The position numbers were made by a program, and so were the translations under genes. Below the pieces are notes generated by a model. That model saw only the letters and a list, made by a program, of their open reading frames with translations. It searched no databases and was not told the DNA's origin. A DNA stretch of 63,262 nt, filler included, from Dirinaria sp. TL-2023a (lineage: Eukaryota), in assembly GCA_051941275.1 (NCBI GenBank). It is 4 parts of 4 records of this genome, joined end to end, with 100 filler letters (N's around TTAATTAATTAA, not from the genome) between each part and the next. Parts side by side here need not be neighbours in the genome. Positions count along the whole stretch, not along the records: positions 1 to 15,770 come from JAVEBF010000528.1; 3 more parts are not named here. The stretch is one strand, 5' to 3'. Shown here in pieces: positions 1 to 11,640 of the stretch (positions are counted from its first letter, which is position 1; each line of letters begins with the position of its first letter).

Positions 1-355
1 GGACGGGGAAGAGGGGAGAGGGGGAGAGATGCATATATAGAGAGAGAGTGTGTGTTAAATCATTTAAACCAACAATTGGGGATGGTTGCATTGAGATCTT
101 CAGAGTTTTTTTCTTCTTTTCCTTTCAATGAATCTGTTATAACAATGGGCGAGGCTAGCTAGCTACCTTATTTGAGAGAACCTTTCTCTCTCTCTCTCTC
201 TCTTTTTTTTTTTTTTCCTTCTTTGAATGGGTTCAAATGCCAGGGCTATGCCTAAGAAAGAAAAAAAAGAAAATCTTTCACTCACATCGATCTTTACAAG
301 ATTTCGGAATAAAAAGCACAACAGTGGCTTCTCAACCAAGGACCCTTTTCCGCAG

Positions 356-2104
356 CTATTCAAGCCTCGGCCGTTTGCTGGCGACTCCGTCGTCAGAAGT
401 CATTCTCTTAGCCGTTCCATTCCCGGCCGACTGAGCTTCTTCAACAACAACCGGCTCTTGAATCTCATGATCCGGTCGCTTTTTCTTCTTCTTCTTGATC
501 AATCCCGTGTTGAGCGTCGCGACCGCGGGCTGCTGCTGCGCGGCAGCTGTAGTACTAGTACTAGTAGGCTCGATCAAGATCTCCTTCCGGCCATCGATTT
601 CCTGTCCCCAGGATGATCCTGTTTTGGCCGCTGCCGCGACGGCCTTGAGCCAGGTCTCTGTGCTGGCCTTGGCGATGTCCGCGTTGGCGTAGTCTTGCTT
701 GAGCAGGAGCTTGTTCATTCGTTGGTAGTCTTTCTCTTTGAGGATGGCTTCGCCGCGGCCTGCAGCGGGCCAGTAATAATATTCCGTGGTTTCGGGGATT
801 TTTTCTATGATGAGGGATTTGTTTGGTGAGCTTTGGTCTGGGAATACCTTTTTGGGGGGGCTGCTTTCGGCGATTGGGCTGGTATTCGGGTGTGCACTGG
901 ATTTTGTGCTTGGCCCGGTTGGTGTTGTCGGGGAGGGAGGCATGGTGGTTCCTTTGATCGGGCTCGACGGGGGTGGTGATTGTGCGTGAGTGGATTGCGA
1001 CTCATGGGCTTGCGATTGTAGAGGAGTGGGTAATGCCTGCTGAATCGGGTTCCTGCTTGGTGAAGGCTGCGGCAAGGGAGAATCCGCCAGTGGGTGAGGC
1101 TTATCGTCTAAATCCTGCGGTGTAAAGACACCCCAGATAAATCCAACCAGCCGTCCGGCAGAGCATTCTTGTCTAAATGACATCAAGTCCCAAAATTGTT
1201 CCAAGCTTCTGACACTTCTCCACCGCCCTTCATCTCCGGCTTTGACAGGGCTTGAGTCTGTCGCATTTTCTGCATCGGGGAGCTCGTCGTCTAAGTCGAT
1301 GAGAAAGCGCGCTTTCGGATCGTCTGGAAAGCGAGGTATGAGGCAGCGCTCGGGCGCGTTGGGGTTTCGTCCAAGTAACTGAAGCGGATCTGCAGCACTC
1401 CATCGACGTGATCCTGGATTTGATTCACTCGGTGTCTGTTTCGGGTAGAAAGAGGCTGTCTCATATCGATCGCATCCTGGTACTATGAGGTACCCATGCG
1501 CGGAAACCCCATTACTGTCTTCTTTCGAAGCCTCCTCTTGTGCGGCTTGCTCAGAAGGCAGTGGATTCACGAACAGCGAAACCACCGCGTCCAAAACTTG
1601 ACACCACCACTTGATCAATCTTCGGTCGTCCAACACATGTTTGTGGCTATTTTCAATGCTACCCGGGAATAGATATTGGTTCTGCGCTCGGGCGAACAAG
1701 GAGACGACTAGACGCTTGTCTGGTCTCTGTCGATTGTCGACCAAGTATTTCAAAAAGGCTGAAGATATTGTTTTCAACGGAGACGGCACTCCCTTCGGAA
1801 GGTTCAGCAGATAGAGGTAGCCAGTAGAATCGGCCTTCGATACAAACAAGGTCGTAAGCTGTCTTGTGGTGTATATCAAGACCTCTAAGCCATAGACTTG
1901 AAGGAGCTGGCCATTTGAAGACACAGACACGCTCAAAAATTGACTTTCGCAAAAGGTCTTCCCGGGTTTTGTGCCTGGTAAAGCAGAGTAGATCGCGGAG
2001 CAAGGGGTCGGTGGGGTGGAAACATGGTGTACTCTGAAGTTGCAGTTCTTGGGCAAAAGTGAAGCTAGTCTGTCAGCAAGCGATGATCCCTGCCAGCCAG
2101 TCAT
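356..2104 (-). CDS. RTT109: Histone H3K56 acetyltransferase Rtt109
   Basis: 582-aa single ORF. Motifs LFVSKADSTGY, VSLFARAQNQYLFPGSIENSHKHVLDDRRLIKWW, IPRFPDDPKARFL and FRQECSAGRLVGF match the Rtt109/KAT11 family; Pro/Ser-rich insert and basic C-terminus. Confidence 0.95.
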   Translation of the reverse strand: MTGWQGSSLADRLASLLPKNCNFRVHHVSTPPTPCSAIYSALPGTKPGKTFCESQFLSVSVSSNGQLLQVYGLEVLIYTTRQLTTLFVSKADSTGYLYLLNLPKGVPSPLKTISSAFLKYLVDNRQRPDKRLVVSLFARAQNQYLFPGSIENSHKHVLDDRRLIKWWCQVLDAVVSLFVNPLPSEQAAQEEASKEDSNGVSAHGYLIVPGCDRYETASFYPKQTPSESNPGSRRWSAADPLQLLGRNPNAPERCLIPRFPDDPKARFLIDLDDELPDAENATDSSPVKAGDEGRWRSVRSLEQFWDLMSFRQECSAGRLVGFIWGVFTPQDLDDKPHPLADSPLPQPSPSRNPIQQALPTPLQSQAHESQSTHAQSPPPSSPIKGTTMPPSPTTPTGPSTKSSAHPNTSPIAESSPPKKVFPDQSSPNKSLIIEKIPETTEYYYWPAAGRGEAILKEKDYQRMNKLLLKQDYANADIAKASTETWLKAVAAAAKTGSSWGQEIDGRKEILIEPTSTSTTAAAQQQPAVATLNTGLIKKKKKKRPDHEIQEPVVVEEAQSAGNGTAKRMTSDDGVASKRPRLE

Positions 2105-2782
2105 TTGGAGCGATGATGCGCATTAGCAATATCTCGACATTAGTGCTATGATATCATGCAGGCAGACGTGGTTGTTTTCTTTAAGACGAACGCGAATATT
2201 AAATCACAGGTTATTATTTCTCGGTAATTTTTAGACTCTATCTGCGCCGGTACCGGCCCGATCCGGCAGAGACTGTTCATTCCATAATGAGGAAGTGAGG
2301 TGTGCTGAAGTAGCCTTCCTTTATATCAGATATTCTAATGCGACAAGTATGAGTTTTCTCGAATTATTCAGCACAGCGCTCTGTAGGAATCTCCAAAAAA
2401 ATCTGACTGCTCAGAGCATTGAACTGCGGATACGAAGTACAACTTGCAGACATTAAATCAGCCGGGATCAGGTGCGGGAACGAGGAGTGTAGGGAATTCT
2501 TTCCTGAGACGAGATTAGGGGAAAACGTCTACTAAGAGGGCAGGGCCATGAACGCCACACAGGACAACAGCTGGCCGTCTGGTCTCTTGCTTTCTTGATA
2601 TTCAGGTCATCGGTCTCGTCAAAGCTAGACACGCAGAAATCGCTGATGGGGCCTCGGGTTTAAGGACTGTATAGCTATTTATTTCATGAAAGCGGTGACA
2701 GCCTACGCAAGAGATCTCAGTTCCATTGGGGTCTAAGTACTGCTCTGTCCCCTAGTATACAAGCCGCGCAACCTGGATACTC

Positions 2783-4234
2783 CTACGATGAAGCCAAAGC
2801 GTTGCCTTTGTTGTGGAAGCCCGGTGATCCTACTGAAAGTGTAATCTGAGAGTCTAGACCTAAAAAAGCAATTAGCCATGGACGGGAAACCTTGATGAAA
2901 TGAGTCAAAGGTTGCTCTGTCAAGCGAGACTTGCCCAGATAGACAGCCCTACCCTGCATGCCATGCTTCAGGCACATCGTGTTCACAGCAACTGCTGCAC
3001 CCCATATATCAAACCACCTGTCCCAATCGGGTGCGACATCTTCTGGCATATCGACAAGAACAGAACAATGCCCAGAAGCCGAGGCTGTTTCGCCTGGAAT
3101 TAGCTCGTCCGTCGTGAATCAAAAAGGGCGTAAAGACAGCAATAAAGCACCGAGACCACCAAAGCAACACTATGGATTCAATTTTAGGCATCAAGCTCAT
3201 ACGAAAACTTGACAAAGATAGGGAAAGATAAGGTGGAAATCCACTCACGCATACTGTACACCTTCGGCAGAATGTACGTTCTGCGTTCGGACAAGTTAGC
3301 GATCTTGCATCTACCCTGTGGGACCTGCTCGGGTTTGCATAAATGGAATTGCTAGAACGTATTCCACTGGGCAGTCGATGTCCGGGTAGAGACGAGGTTA
3401 CTTACATTGGCTTTTTGGACCGGAGTTGCTCGTTCCTAGTAAAACGACAATATCTCGGGTTGGAAGGTAGAAATTGGATAACTTGATCGCAAGACTCATA
3501 ACTAGGCGCTTGCTGAGCTCCTGGGATGCATTCTATTACGGGATCGTAACGTCTGATGACAAGCTTTATATCGTTTGCTACGGCTAGTGTAGGAAGTTGT
3601 CCGTCAGTCGACATCCACTGTTGAAACGGGATTACTTGATGAAGATGAGAAAGAGAGGCAAGAGTGCGGAGATACACACTGAACAAGGTCTTTACGCCGC
3701 CTTTATCCTCCGAAACAACACAGTCCTGGTATAATCGCTGTGCATTGTAATATAACGTATGGAAAGTTGCTTCATCGCCGTTGGAACCCTAGGATGAAGG
3801 TCAAACCCCGGGAAAAAGTCTCCGCTGGAGTGGGACCATCGTCAACGCGCGGTTTTGAGTGTACTAACTGGTGCAAGTATGACATCAATAGCACACAGTC
3901 CGTCATCACTTAGGTACCGAATAGGGGTTGTTACGTGGTCTGGTGGAAGTGGGTGTGGAGCCTGTGATCGCTGAATAAAAATTTTACGATCTGCGGTTTG
4001 TGGGATCTTTGACAGTGCGAGCTGGCAGCTGTCTGTCGGCATATTTTGGCCGTGCTCCACCATGCATCTTGTAGCTGCGGTAAGATTTGATAATTCTTCA
4101 AGGGTTTCGTTCTGCTGTATGGATTTCTCTGTTGCATTTGGAGCATGAATTGGGAGTGATTGGAGTGGAAGAGAGGGCGGATATGCTATCGAAGCAAAGA
4201 CAAGTAAGAGAATGTTTTCAGATGACGAGAACAT
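2783..4234 (-). CDS. Probable secreted protein with two tandem 4-Cys domains (6 exons, ~306 aa)
   Basis: Hand-built model: exons 4234-3869, 3788-3680, 3583-3406, 3280-3249, 3093-2935, 2859-2783 (921 nt, frame preserved). Introns have GT/GC..AG ends and branch-like sites. N-terminus MFSSSENILLLVFASIAYP is hydrophobic. Confidence 0.7.
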
Positions 4235-5156
4235 CTTGACTCTGAGGAACCATGAATGAAATCCGAGTAAATTCTGCCCCAATTTCTAGCACATGATTAG
4301 AGAAACTCGAATTAGCATAGCCTTCTTATGACATTGTTATCACGGTCGCCCGAGCGCCTATTCCAGGGTTTGGATATCAGGACGCGAGCGCTGAAGCGAC
4401 TTGCGCATGCGTTCCGTCATGCTCAAGATTTTCGATCTTTGACACGGCAGTGCAGTATCCTGAAATAGATGATTAAAGATATGATAGTCCTATTGAGCGA
4501 AGAAGACGGGGAAGCAAGGAACCGCAAGCTTCTCGTATCATGAGTAAATCAACCGGCATTGACAATTATTGCACTATATCCATGTTTTACGTAAACGTCG
4601 AAACCAACCAATAACAACAGCTTGGATGTCTTCCAGAAGCGCAGACTGCGAACGAGTATTGACATAGATGGAGTAGAAGCATCGAAAGGGAAAATTAAAG
4701 AATGGCGATAGCGTCAGACAGCAGTGGTAACTATGTATTCTAAGAAAAGAAAATTGGCAGCATGGGGCTTACGAAACCTACTTCTTGCAGCGAGCATAAA
4801 TCAGCACTCGATGCAGACAGATAGAAGTTCTCTTATGTGTCTCTACTTGCCCTAAGTAGCGCTACCTTACAACTTTCCAATCGAAAAATATTCCATAAAT
4901 TGGTAGGTTGCATTTTTGGTAGGAGAAAACGAGGTACGACAATTAAGGGAGCAGGCTCGGTAGATATTTTAGCCGGACGTGAAACGCTTAGCTACATTTG
5001 GTAAGGTCTATACTCGGAAGCTTTCTGACTCCTGAGACTTTCATCCACGCTCGGTGTATATTCGGACCGAACATCCAAGAAGTCGAGCATGCCAGTTGAC
5101 ATAGAAGCAAAAATATCTGCTAAAATTCTTGTCGCAAACATTGATTGCAGACCTTA

Positions 5157-6071
5157 ATGCCTCGAGGCCTTTGGTACTCACATGCGGCCACAGGCTCTCG
5201 ATTAAGGCGAACACAGATCTGCCAATGCGCCTCCCTTCCTGCCTCCCGCCCATGGCTACACCGGCCATCCAAAGATTTTCACACGTCGAGTTCATATCGA
5301 GATGAAGAAAAATCAGACGCAGGATCCCTTCCGCGATGGAGAAAAACGCCACCAAGGATGACAGCCCCATATCGTGCACGACCACCTACAAAACGCAGCA
5401 ATGAATTTGCTGTGAACGAGGACCCTGAGTTGCTGGATACAATATATGTACATGTGTTGGGAAATGAAGGGGATAAAATGCTTACTGAGGAGGTGAAATG
5501 GCTGGCGGTAACGCATAAAAGTTTCGACCACGGCCGCATGGGCTACAATGACCGACTCTCTTTTCTCGGTATTAGGCAACAAATACTTGACACACGAACG
5601 ATGGGTGGTCGCTAACAGCAAGCAGGGAAACGGATCGTTGAGCTCCAGGCTTCTTTAGCACTCATTACAACCGGGCTGGCATCCCGTTCAACTCCCCTTG
5701 AACCTCAGCCGGACTCCTACGGGCGGATAGCAAGTCCACACCCAGCATTAGAGGGCGTGGAAGCTCTAACAGCCAAATCACGTCGGGGAATATTGGATAC
5801 AGATAGGATAGGGAATCTTGGAAACCAATACGGTCTCACCAGGGTTGTCCGGTGGAAGCCAAAGAACGTACGTACATCCAGAGCCAGATACGGAAACCGT
5901 GCAGGCTGACACATGTCTTAGGTGGACAATCTCAAAGGATCAGGGCAGCAGCTGGTCATAGGCCAAGCACTCTATGCGATCGTAGGGGCAGTCGCGCTGC
6001 AGAGAGGCGGAGAAGTCGCAAACAGAGTGGCCAACGAGCGCATTCTTGATCGCTTAGGGCTTCGGCAATAG
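5157..6071 (+). CDS. MRPL15: Mitochondrial ribosomal protein mL57/MrpL15 (RNase III-like domain)
   Basis: KWLAVTHKSFDHGRMGYNDRLSFLG|KRIV, VVRWKPKN and ALYAIVGAVALQRGGEVA. Introns 5569-5625 and 5868-5921. Arg/Ser-rich presequence-like N-terminus. Confidence 0.9.
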
Positions 6072-6865
6072 AGTCCCTGGGTTTGTATATAAGATCTTCA
6101 TGGATGGAGTTTGATGAGAGCTTGCATGAGTATCATCGTTGTAGATAGTTATCGTATTTACAGTTTGTCGAGACACAAATCTGTCCGATCCCTCTGACAC
6201 CGCCCAAGCAACGCAAGCGAAATACTCGGCCAGTTCTTAATGGAACCTCGTCTACTTCCGTCTCCGCGCCACCGTATCGCAACGTCCAGCAGTAGATGCT
6301 CCGCGGATGGCAACAACAGAATGTCGAGCCTGAAGCGGGACTGTGGAAGTGCACTGTCTATTGGGCGCGTTGTTGTAGTAGGGACGTTCCGCAATGATTA
6401 GATACGCGAAGATAGAAAATAAATTACGGTACATGGTTTTGTTTCTTCAGGTACCATCTGGTAGGGTATGATACTTCAAGTCTAGCAATCTCAGCACCCG
6501 AGCAGATTTCTAATCATTCAATTGCTTGCACTGACCATTAATACTCTCTACTTGGAGTATAATTGTAATGGCGTGTAAGTATATCCGCGGAGATGGCGGT
6601 CTTTACGGAGATAGCTCAATGTCGCTCTGGCGTATTGCACCTAGATTCGACCGGCTTCCTCGTGCTGAGCGATTTCCTTCATTACTAATGCTTGTTCTTG
6701 TGGAGAATCCTCCTTCTTGTGCGTTGGAAGCAATGCTCATACGCGACGAGCGTTATTGATGCTTCAATCAGTTCGATCTTACTCCAAAGACTTTTGATTC
6801 CTTAGCGGGCAAACCACACAACGAGATATCTATCCACCACCCAGAAATTGAGATAGCGGACTAGC

Positions 6866-7777
6866 ATGGCCAAAACGGGATCAATCCTAGTGCTCGGTAC
6901 CGGGGAGCTGGGGTTTGAGGTTTTACAGTCCCTAGCTACACATCCTCATCACGATTCGAGATCCATCAGCGTCCTGCTTCGGGTATGTCCCCAGACCGAG
7001 CCCGCTATTTCAAAGCGTGCAGCCCAAATCGCCGATTTCAGGCGCTTGGGCATATCCATTCTGGAGGCGGATATCGTAAACGATGCCGAATCTCGCTTGA
7101 AAGAGGTCTTTGCGCCTTTCCATACAGTCATCGGGTGCTCCGGAATGGCCTACCCACCAGGAACACAGGTAAAGATCTGTCAAGCTGTTCTCGCTGCCAA
7201 AGTTCCACGATATCTCCCATGGCAGTTTGGGCTCGATTATGATAAAATTGGGCGGGGCAGTTCGCAGGATTTATTCAATGAGCAACTGGATGTGAGGGAT
7301 CTGCTGAGGGGCCAGAAAACTACTCAATGGGTCATCATCTCTACAGGGCTTTTCATAACGTTTCTGTTTGAACCCAGCTTCGGTGTCGTCGACCTACAGA
7401 AGATGACCGTCTTGGCGTTGGGATCGTGGGAGAATCGAATTACTGTCACTAGTCCAGAGGATATTGGTCGGGTAGTTGCCGAAGTGACTTTGGTGACGGT
7501 GGATTTGAATGGCGTGATATTTACCGGAGGAGATACTGTGAGCTATGGAGAGCTTGCTAAAATAGTCGATGGGCACAAGGGTCACGCAGTCCATCGAAGT
7601 TTGGCTTCGATAGATCAGCTGGAGCGCGAGCTGGACGCGGATCCAGAAAACGGATTGAAGAAATACAGGGTTGTATTTGCTCAGGCACGAGGTGTGGCAT
7701 GGGATGAAGGCCAAACTTTCAATAAGCAAAGAGGAATGCACATGACGAGTGTCCGGGACTGGCTCAAAAATACGTAG
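6866..7777 (+). CDS. NmrA-like / isoflavone-reductase-family NAD(P)H oxidoreductase
   Basis: 303-aa intronless ORF. Rossmann start ILVLGTGELG; RYLPWQFGLDYD, STGLFITFL and VTSPEDIG are typical of atypical SDR/PIP reductases. Confidence 0.88.
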   Translation: MAKTGSILVLGTGELGFEVLQSLATHPHHDSRSISVLLRVCPQTEPAISKRAAQIADFRRLGISILEADIVNDAESRLKEVFAPFHTVIGCSGMAYPPGTQVKICQAVLAAKVPRYLPWQFGLDYDKIGRGSSQDLFNEQLDVRDLLRGQKTTQWVIISTGLFITFLFEPSFGVVDLQKMTVLALGSWENRITVTSPEDIGRVVAEVTLVTVDLNGVIFTGGDTVSYGELAKIVDGHKGHAVHRSLASIDQLERELDADPENGLKKYRVVFAQARGVAWDEGQTFNKQRGMHMTSVRDWLKNT

Positions 7778-8092
7778 TATGCGATAGATTGGGAGAGCAT
7801 GGATCAAATTGGCAATGGCCATTCGAGGAAACGCAATATAAGATCCCATGGGGCTGAATTTTCGGTTAAACAGCTCGCAGTGTATGAATAATACATCGAA
7901 TAGATCGAAGGGGTGCTCCAGGACTGGTAGAGTGAATCATTAGACGCTTGCTTATGTCATCATTTTTCATCGCTGCCGTTCAGCAAACTGATCTGCAGTG
8001 CAGTTCACCATTCCTCACAGGAGCTTTGTACCCTTCTCATACAATTTTACGTTGTCAGTGCCTTTGATCAGCTCTTACATCGAGAGTGTGAT

Positions 8093-8872
8093 ATGATGCT
8101 CCTTCGAACCTGTCCACTATCCACCCTTCCTCTCCGTCCCCGAAAACCTCCTTCGACCCTCACACCCTTCCTCACGCCTATCCTCTCCCGTAATGCCAGT
8201 CACGCAACTGAAGGTCGTGCGAATGGAGCGAAGCAAGGCCCTGGCAAGCGTTTAGGAGCCAAAAAGGGCGCAACAGAGCTAGTCGTTCCTGGCAACATAA
8301 TATTTCGACAACGTGGTACGAAGTGGTTTCCTGGGGAAAATTGCGACATGGGAAGGGATCATACGATATTCGCTACAGCTAAGGGGTACGTGACATTCTA
8401 CAGTGATCCTGAGAGGCATCCGCGTAGGAAATATATCGGGGTCGTCTTCGAACGGGGAATGAAGCTGCCAACACCCCGGAACGCGGCCAGGAGAAGAAGG
8501 CTCGGGATGGTGGCTAGGGAAATGTCTACCAGCACACCAACACCTGCAACACCGAAAAGTGACGCGAAGGCCGGTGACTTGGTGATGGCCGATAAAAAGA
8601 GGCCCCAGATGCAAGCCCAGCCCAAACACGTCCGGGCAGAGGCTCCAACTGGGAAGGCTCCGAGTCTAAAGCCTGGATACATGTTTCGAGAGTCAAACGC
8701 GTACATAGGTCGCGCAGCCGAGAGAGCAGGATTGAAGGTCCGGAAGTTTGATCATCGGGACAGATTTGCCGCTTGGAGGAGGCGTAAGGAGCAGATCAGG
8801 CAGGAGAGGGAGGCGAGGAATATCAAAGACAGAACGAAAGGATCGAGGCGACGAAAGCCGCAGAGTCTCTAA
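8093..8872 (+). CDS. MRP7: Mitochondrial ribosomal protein bL27m
   Basis: GKRLGAKK..VVPGNIIFRQRGTKWFPGENCDMGRDHTIFATAKGYV is the L27 signature; presequence ends near RNASH. Confidence 0.95.
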   Translation: MMLLRTCPLSTLPLRPRKPPSTLTPFLTPILSRNASHATEGRANGAKQGPGKRLGAKKGATELVVPGNIIFRQRGTKWFPGENCDMGRDHTIFATAKGYVTFYSDPERHPRRKYIGVVFERGMKLPTPRNAARRRRLGMVAREMSTSTPTPATPKSDAKAGDLVMADKKRPQMQAQPKHVRAEAPTGKAPSLKPGYMFRESNAYIGRAAERAGLKVRKFDHRDRFAAWRRRKEQIRQEREARNIKDRTKGSRRRKPQSL

Positions 8873-9299
8873 GAAAGCAGATCAGTCTAGAGATTGGATG
8901 AGTGGCTTCCATTAAACCAGGTATCAATAAGTCACCACATCAATCCAGCACATTTCTTGGCATACTAGCGGAATCTGACCAAGTAAGGTGAGGTAAGGCA
9001 AGTACAATGTATGAGGTGTTGGGACTTTAAAGTAGGGCAAGTGCGGCTCTTTAGTGAAGTTTTTTCATGTGCTGAACTTCACTTCACTTCGTTGACTCTT
9101 GGACTTTCGACCTTCACATGAGTTTCATTTGACTGTCACAGAAGCAGCACACCACATTATCACTTTGTCACAATCACCTAACTCACTCTTCATATCACCC
9201 ACCCCAATCACCTCAAGCAAACAATGCATGCTGTCAATGGGCAGCCATATCTTTGATCCTTCCTGCCAGCCTGTCCAGAGTCATCGGCGGCAGTAAATC

Positions 9300-10151
9300 A
9301 TGGTCGACTCTTCACCAACGCGCCTGTCGGCGACAGCTGCACCTTTCGTTCCAAACCCTCAAGCCCAGCAGCCTTATCTAGGACTGACTGTTGCTTACTA
9401 CAAGCTGCTCGAAGCCTATGGAGCCAACAACGGAGCAGTGCCCTTGAGCAACTGCAGCCAACTGCCAGCTTTGCACCAGCCACCGGCGAGATACGAGTCT
9501 CGTGTCGTCACCAAACGAAAGAACCCCGCGTATTCCAACGCCAACGCCCATCTATACCGAGAGATGATGTTTTCGCAGCACGAATTCTACGTCCCGCCCA
9601 TCAGCGTTGCCAGGCGGCCGAGCGTTGTTCTTCCGGATGGTGATTACATCGGCTATTACTTCAAGCCTGAGCCTGCAAGTATTCAGCCTACTACGGTGCA
9701 GCCAGAGGAACCAAAGTCCACTTCGGAAATCATGTCCCCAAGCGGCGATGTTGACTACTGCCTTCAGCACCCTCCACCGGTCGGCGTCCTCCCCCTGTTG
9801 CCCCTCGATGGGCCAATCTATCACCAGGCGAAGCTTAAGGACGATTACCGTGCCCCCTCTACTCACGCAGTTGCCAGCCTTTCGATTCCAACTAACGGGC
9901 TGCCTTCCGGATTTTTACCCCTCCTTGATGCTCCCAAAGTTGGATTTGGGAAATCTCAGCAACCCGCCGTCACACCCTACCACGCCGTCGCTCCCAAGAG
10001 TACCAAAGAAACCGCCGTCTCTCGCATTGAAGAGCCAGGCTTGCATGGAGGAGAGCATGGAGGCCATGACCAGCACCGTGGCAACGCTATTGCCAAACAA
10101 AGGCCTGCAAATTACATCTACCCGGCAATCCCTCGCCAGTTGATGTTGTAA
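9300..10151 (+). CDS. Hypothetical Pro-rich protein with N-terminal PAM2-like motif
   Basis: 283-aa ATG-initiated ORF; LSATAAPFVP resembles the PAM2 consensus LxxxAxxFxP; no other recognisable domain. Confidence 0.55.
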   Translation: MVDSSPTRLSATAAPFVPNPQAQQPYLGLTVAYYKLLEAYGANNGAVPLSNCSQLPALHQPPARYESRVVTKRKNPAYSNANAHLYREMMFSQHEFYVPPISVARRPSVVLPDGDYIGYYFKPEPASIQPTTVQPEEPKSTSEIMSPSGDVDYCLQHPPPVGVLPLLPLDGPIYHQAKLKDDYRAPSTHAVASLSIPTNGLPSGFLPLLDAPKVGFGKSQQPAVTPYHAVAPKSTKETAVSRIEEPGLHGGEHGGHDQHRGNAIAKQRPANYIYPAIPRQLML

Positions 10152-10539
10152 AGCTGTCAGTCACTCTGAAGGCCGTTTTGCATATAGCTTTGGCTGACCG
10201 GTCTGCACAGGCGTCATCGTCGAAAGACGCATAGCGCAATCGGCCTACTTTGTTTATGGCCACAACCACTCTGACACAGAATAGACTGGCAAGTGTGGGT
10301 AGTACCAGAAACAGCGGAGAGATACTGTGCATAGAGCTCAACACTACGGACCTGGTACCTCTGAATAGCTACAAAGAACCTATCTGTCAAGAACTTCTAG
10401 ATGAAAATCGACCGCTAATCTCCTTTCACGTTATCGTACAACTTATCATTATCTCATCGCTCGTTCAAAATCCGTATTATTAATTCTACCTATCGCATTT
10501 TCTGTAAATTGCGACATGCATCGTCCATATCCATGAGTC

Positions 10540-11495
10540 CTATTTCCATAACCGCGCGACGCTTTTATGCTTGTCTTGCTTCCGTTTCTCTCTTTCCGTG
10601 GCAGTCTTCTTCTTACTCGGTGTTGAAGCCTCTGATCCGTCGATAAGGCAATTGAGAGGTCCAGGTCTAGGCCTTGGCGTCAGAGATCCATCCATCATGG
10701 GTTCTTCTCGAAGGGCAGGCTTCTTCGTATCGGAGCGTACGTCCGCTTTCTTCTTCGAACCTCCATTTCGAATCCTTGGACAATTCTTGTCCAAAACGTT
10801 TGGTTGACACACTTTGCTTTTTTCTAGAAAAGGTAAGTGGAAAATACCTACAACCCAGGCAGGATCTACTTACTAGCTTTCAAGGTCTCAATCAGCTGCA
10901 TCGCACTCGTTGATTCCGCATACATCATCACAATTGCCAGATATATGGCCGGCTTGGGTTCTTCATGCATTTCACAACCCGAATTCGGCGGCTCGAACAG
11001 TCTTGCCTGTACGATCAGCTCTACATTGCGTTGCACTTTCAAGACCAGATCGCGTGAGCAGATCATCCGGGCTTGACGCGCTTTGAGGCTCATATTATTC
11101 GGATCCGGCGGCAAGAGGCGGCATGTCTGATTCACGGCCCATTCGAGGTCCAAGTCCGCGCAATCCGTGAATTTGGGGAAGATCTCGTTTTTGTAGCCGG
11201 TGGCTTGTTCCATCAATGTTTTGCGATAGAAAAGGTTGTCGCTGATGGTCAAGAGCAGGTCTTCGTGCATTATATCTCCGAAGGTGGGGGTTGCATCCTT
11301 TCTACGTGGCTTGATGAGCTCTTGCGAGACGAGTCGGTTGAGGTTCTTGTGGAGCCATGGGTTACTGTGCTCGAGATAGTAAGGGTGGCTGGCGAGGTAT
11401 TCCTCGGCTTGGTGCCGGACGAGCCTTTGCAGCCAAGCTAGCGTATGGATATCATTGACGGATGTGGTGAGTATGGAATTTCCTGTGGTAGGCAT
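10540..11495 (-). CDS. Hypothetical protein (probably 2 exons, basic C-terminus)
   Basis: 209-aa ORF ends at a GTAAGT donor (~10872). Acceptor TTTTCTAG (~10824) joins in frame to the 10540-10812 ORF. TATA box lies upstream. Confidence 0.55.
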
Positions 11496-11630
11496 GTTGT
11501 ATTATAAGCAATTATTTGGTAAGATATCAAAGATGGCGGGAATTTTTCAGGTAATTTCAAGTGTTTGGGGGGGTATTTACGGCAATATGGGGAGGGGCAT
11601 GTAAGTTGCAGCAAAGCAGCTCATTTCCTT

Positions 11631-11640
11631 CTTTTATATA
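11631..11640 (-). promoter_or_regulatory. TATA box candidate (TATATAAAAG)
   Basis: Consensus TATA about 135 bp upstream of the ATG at 11495. Confidence 0.45.
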
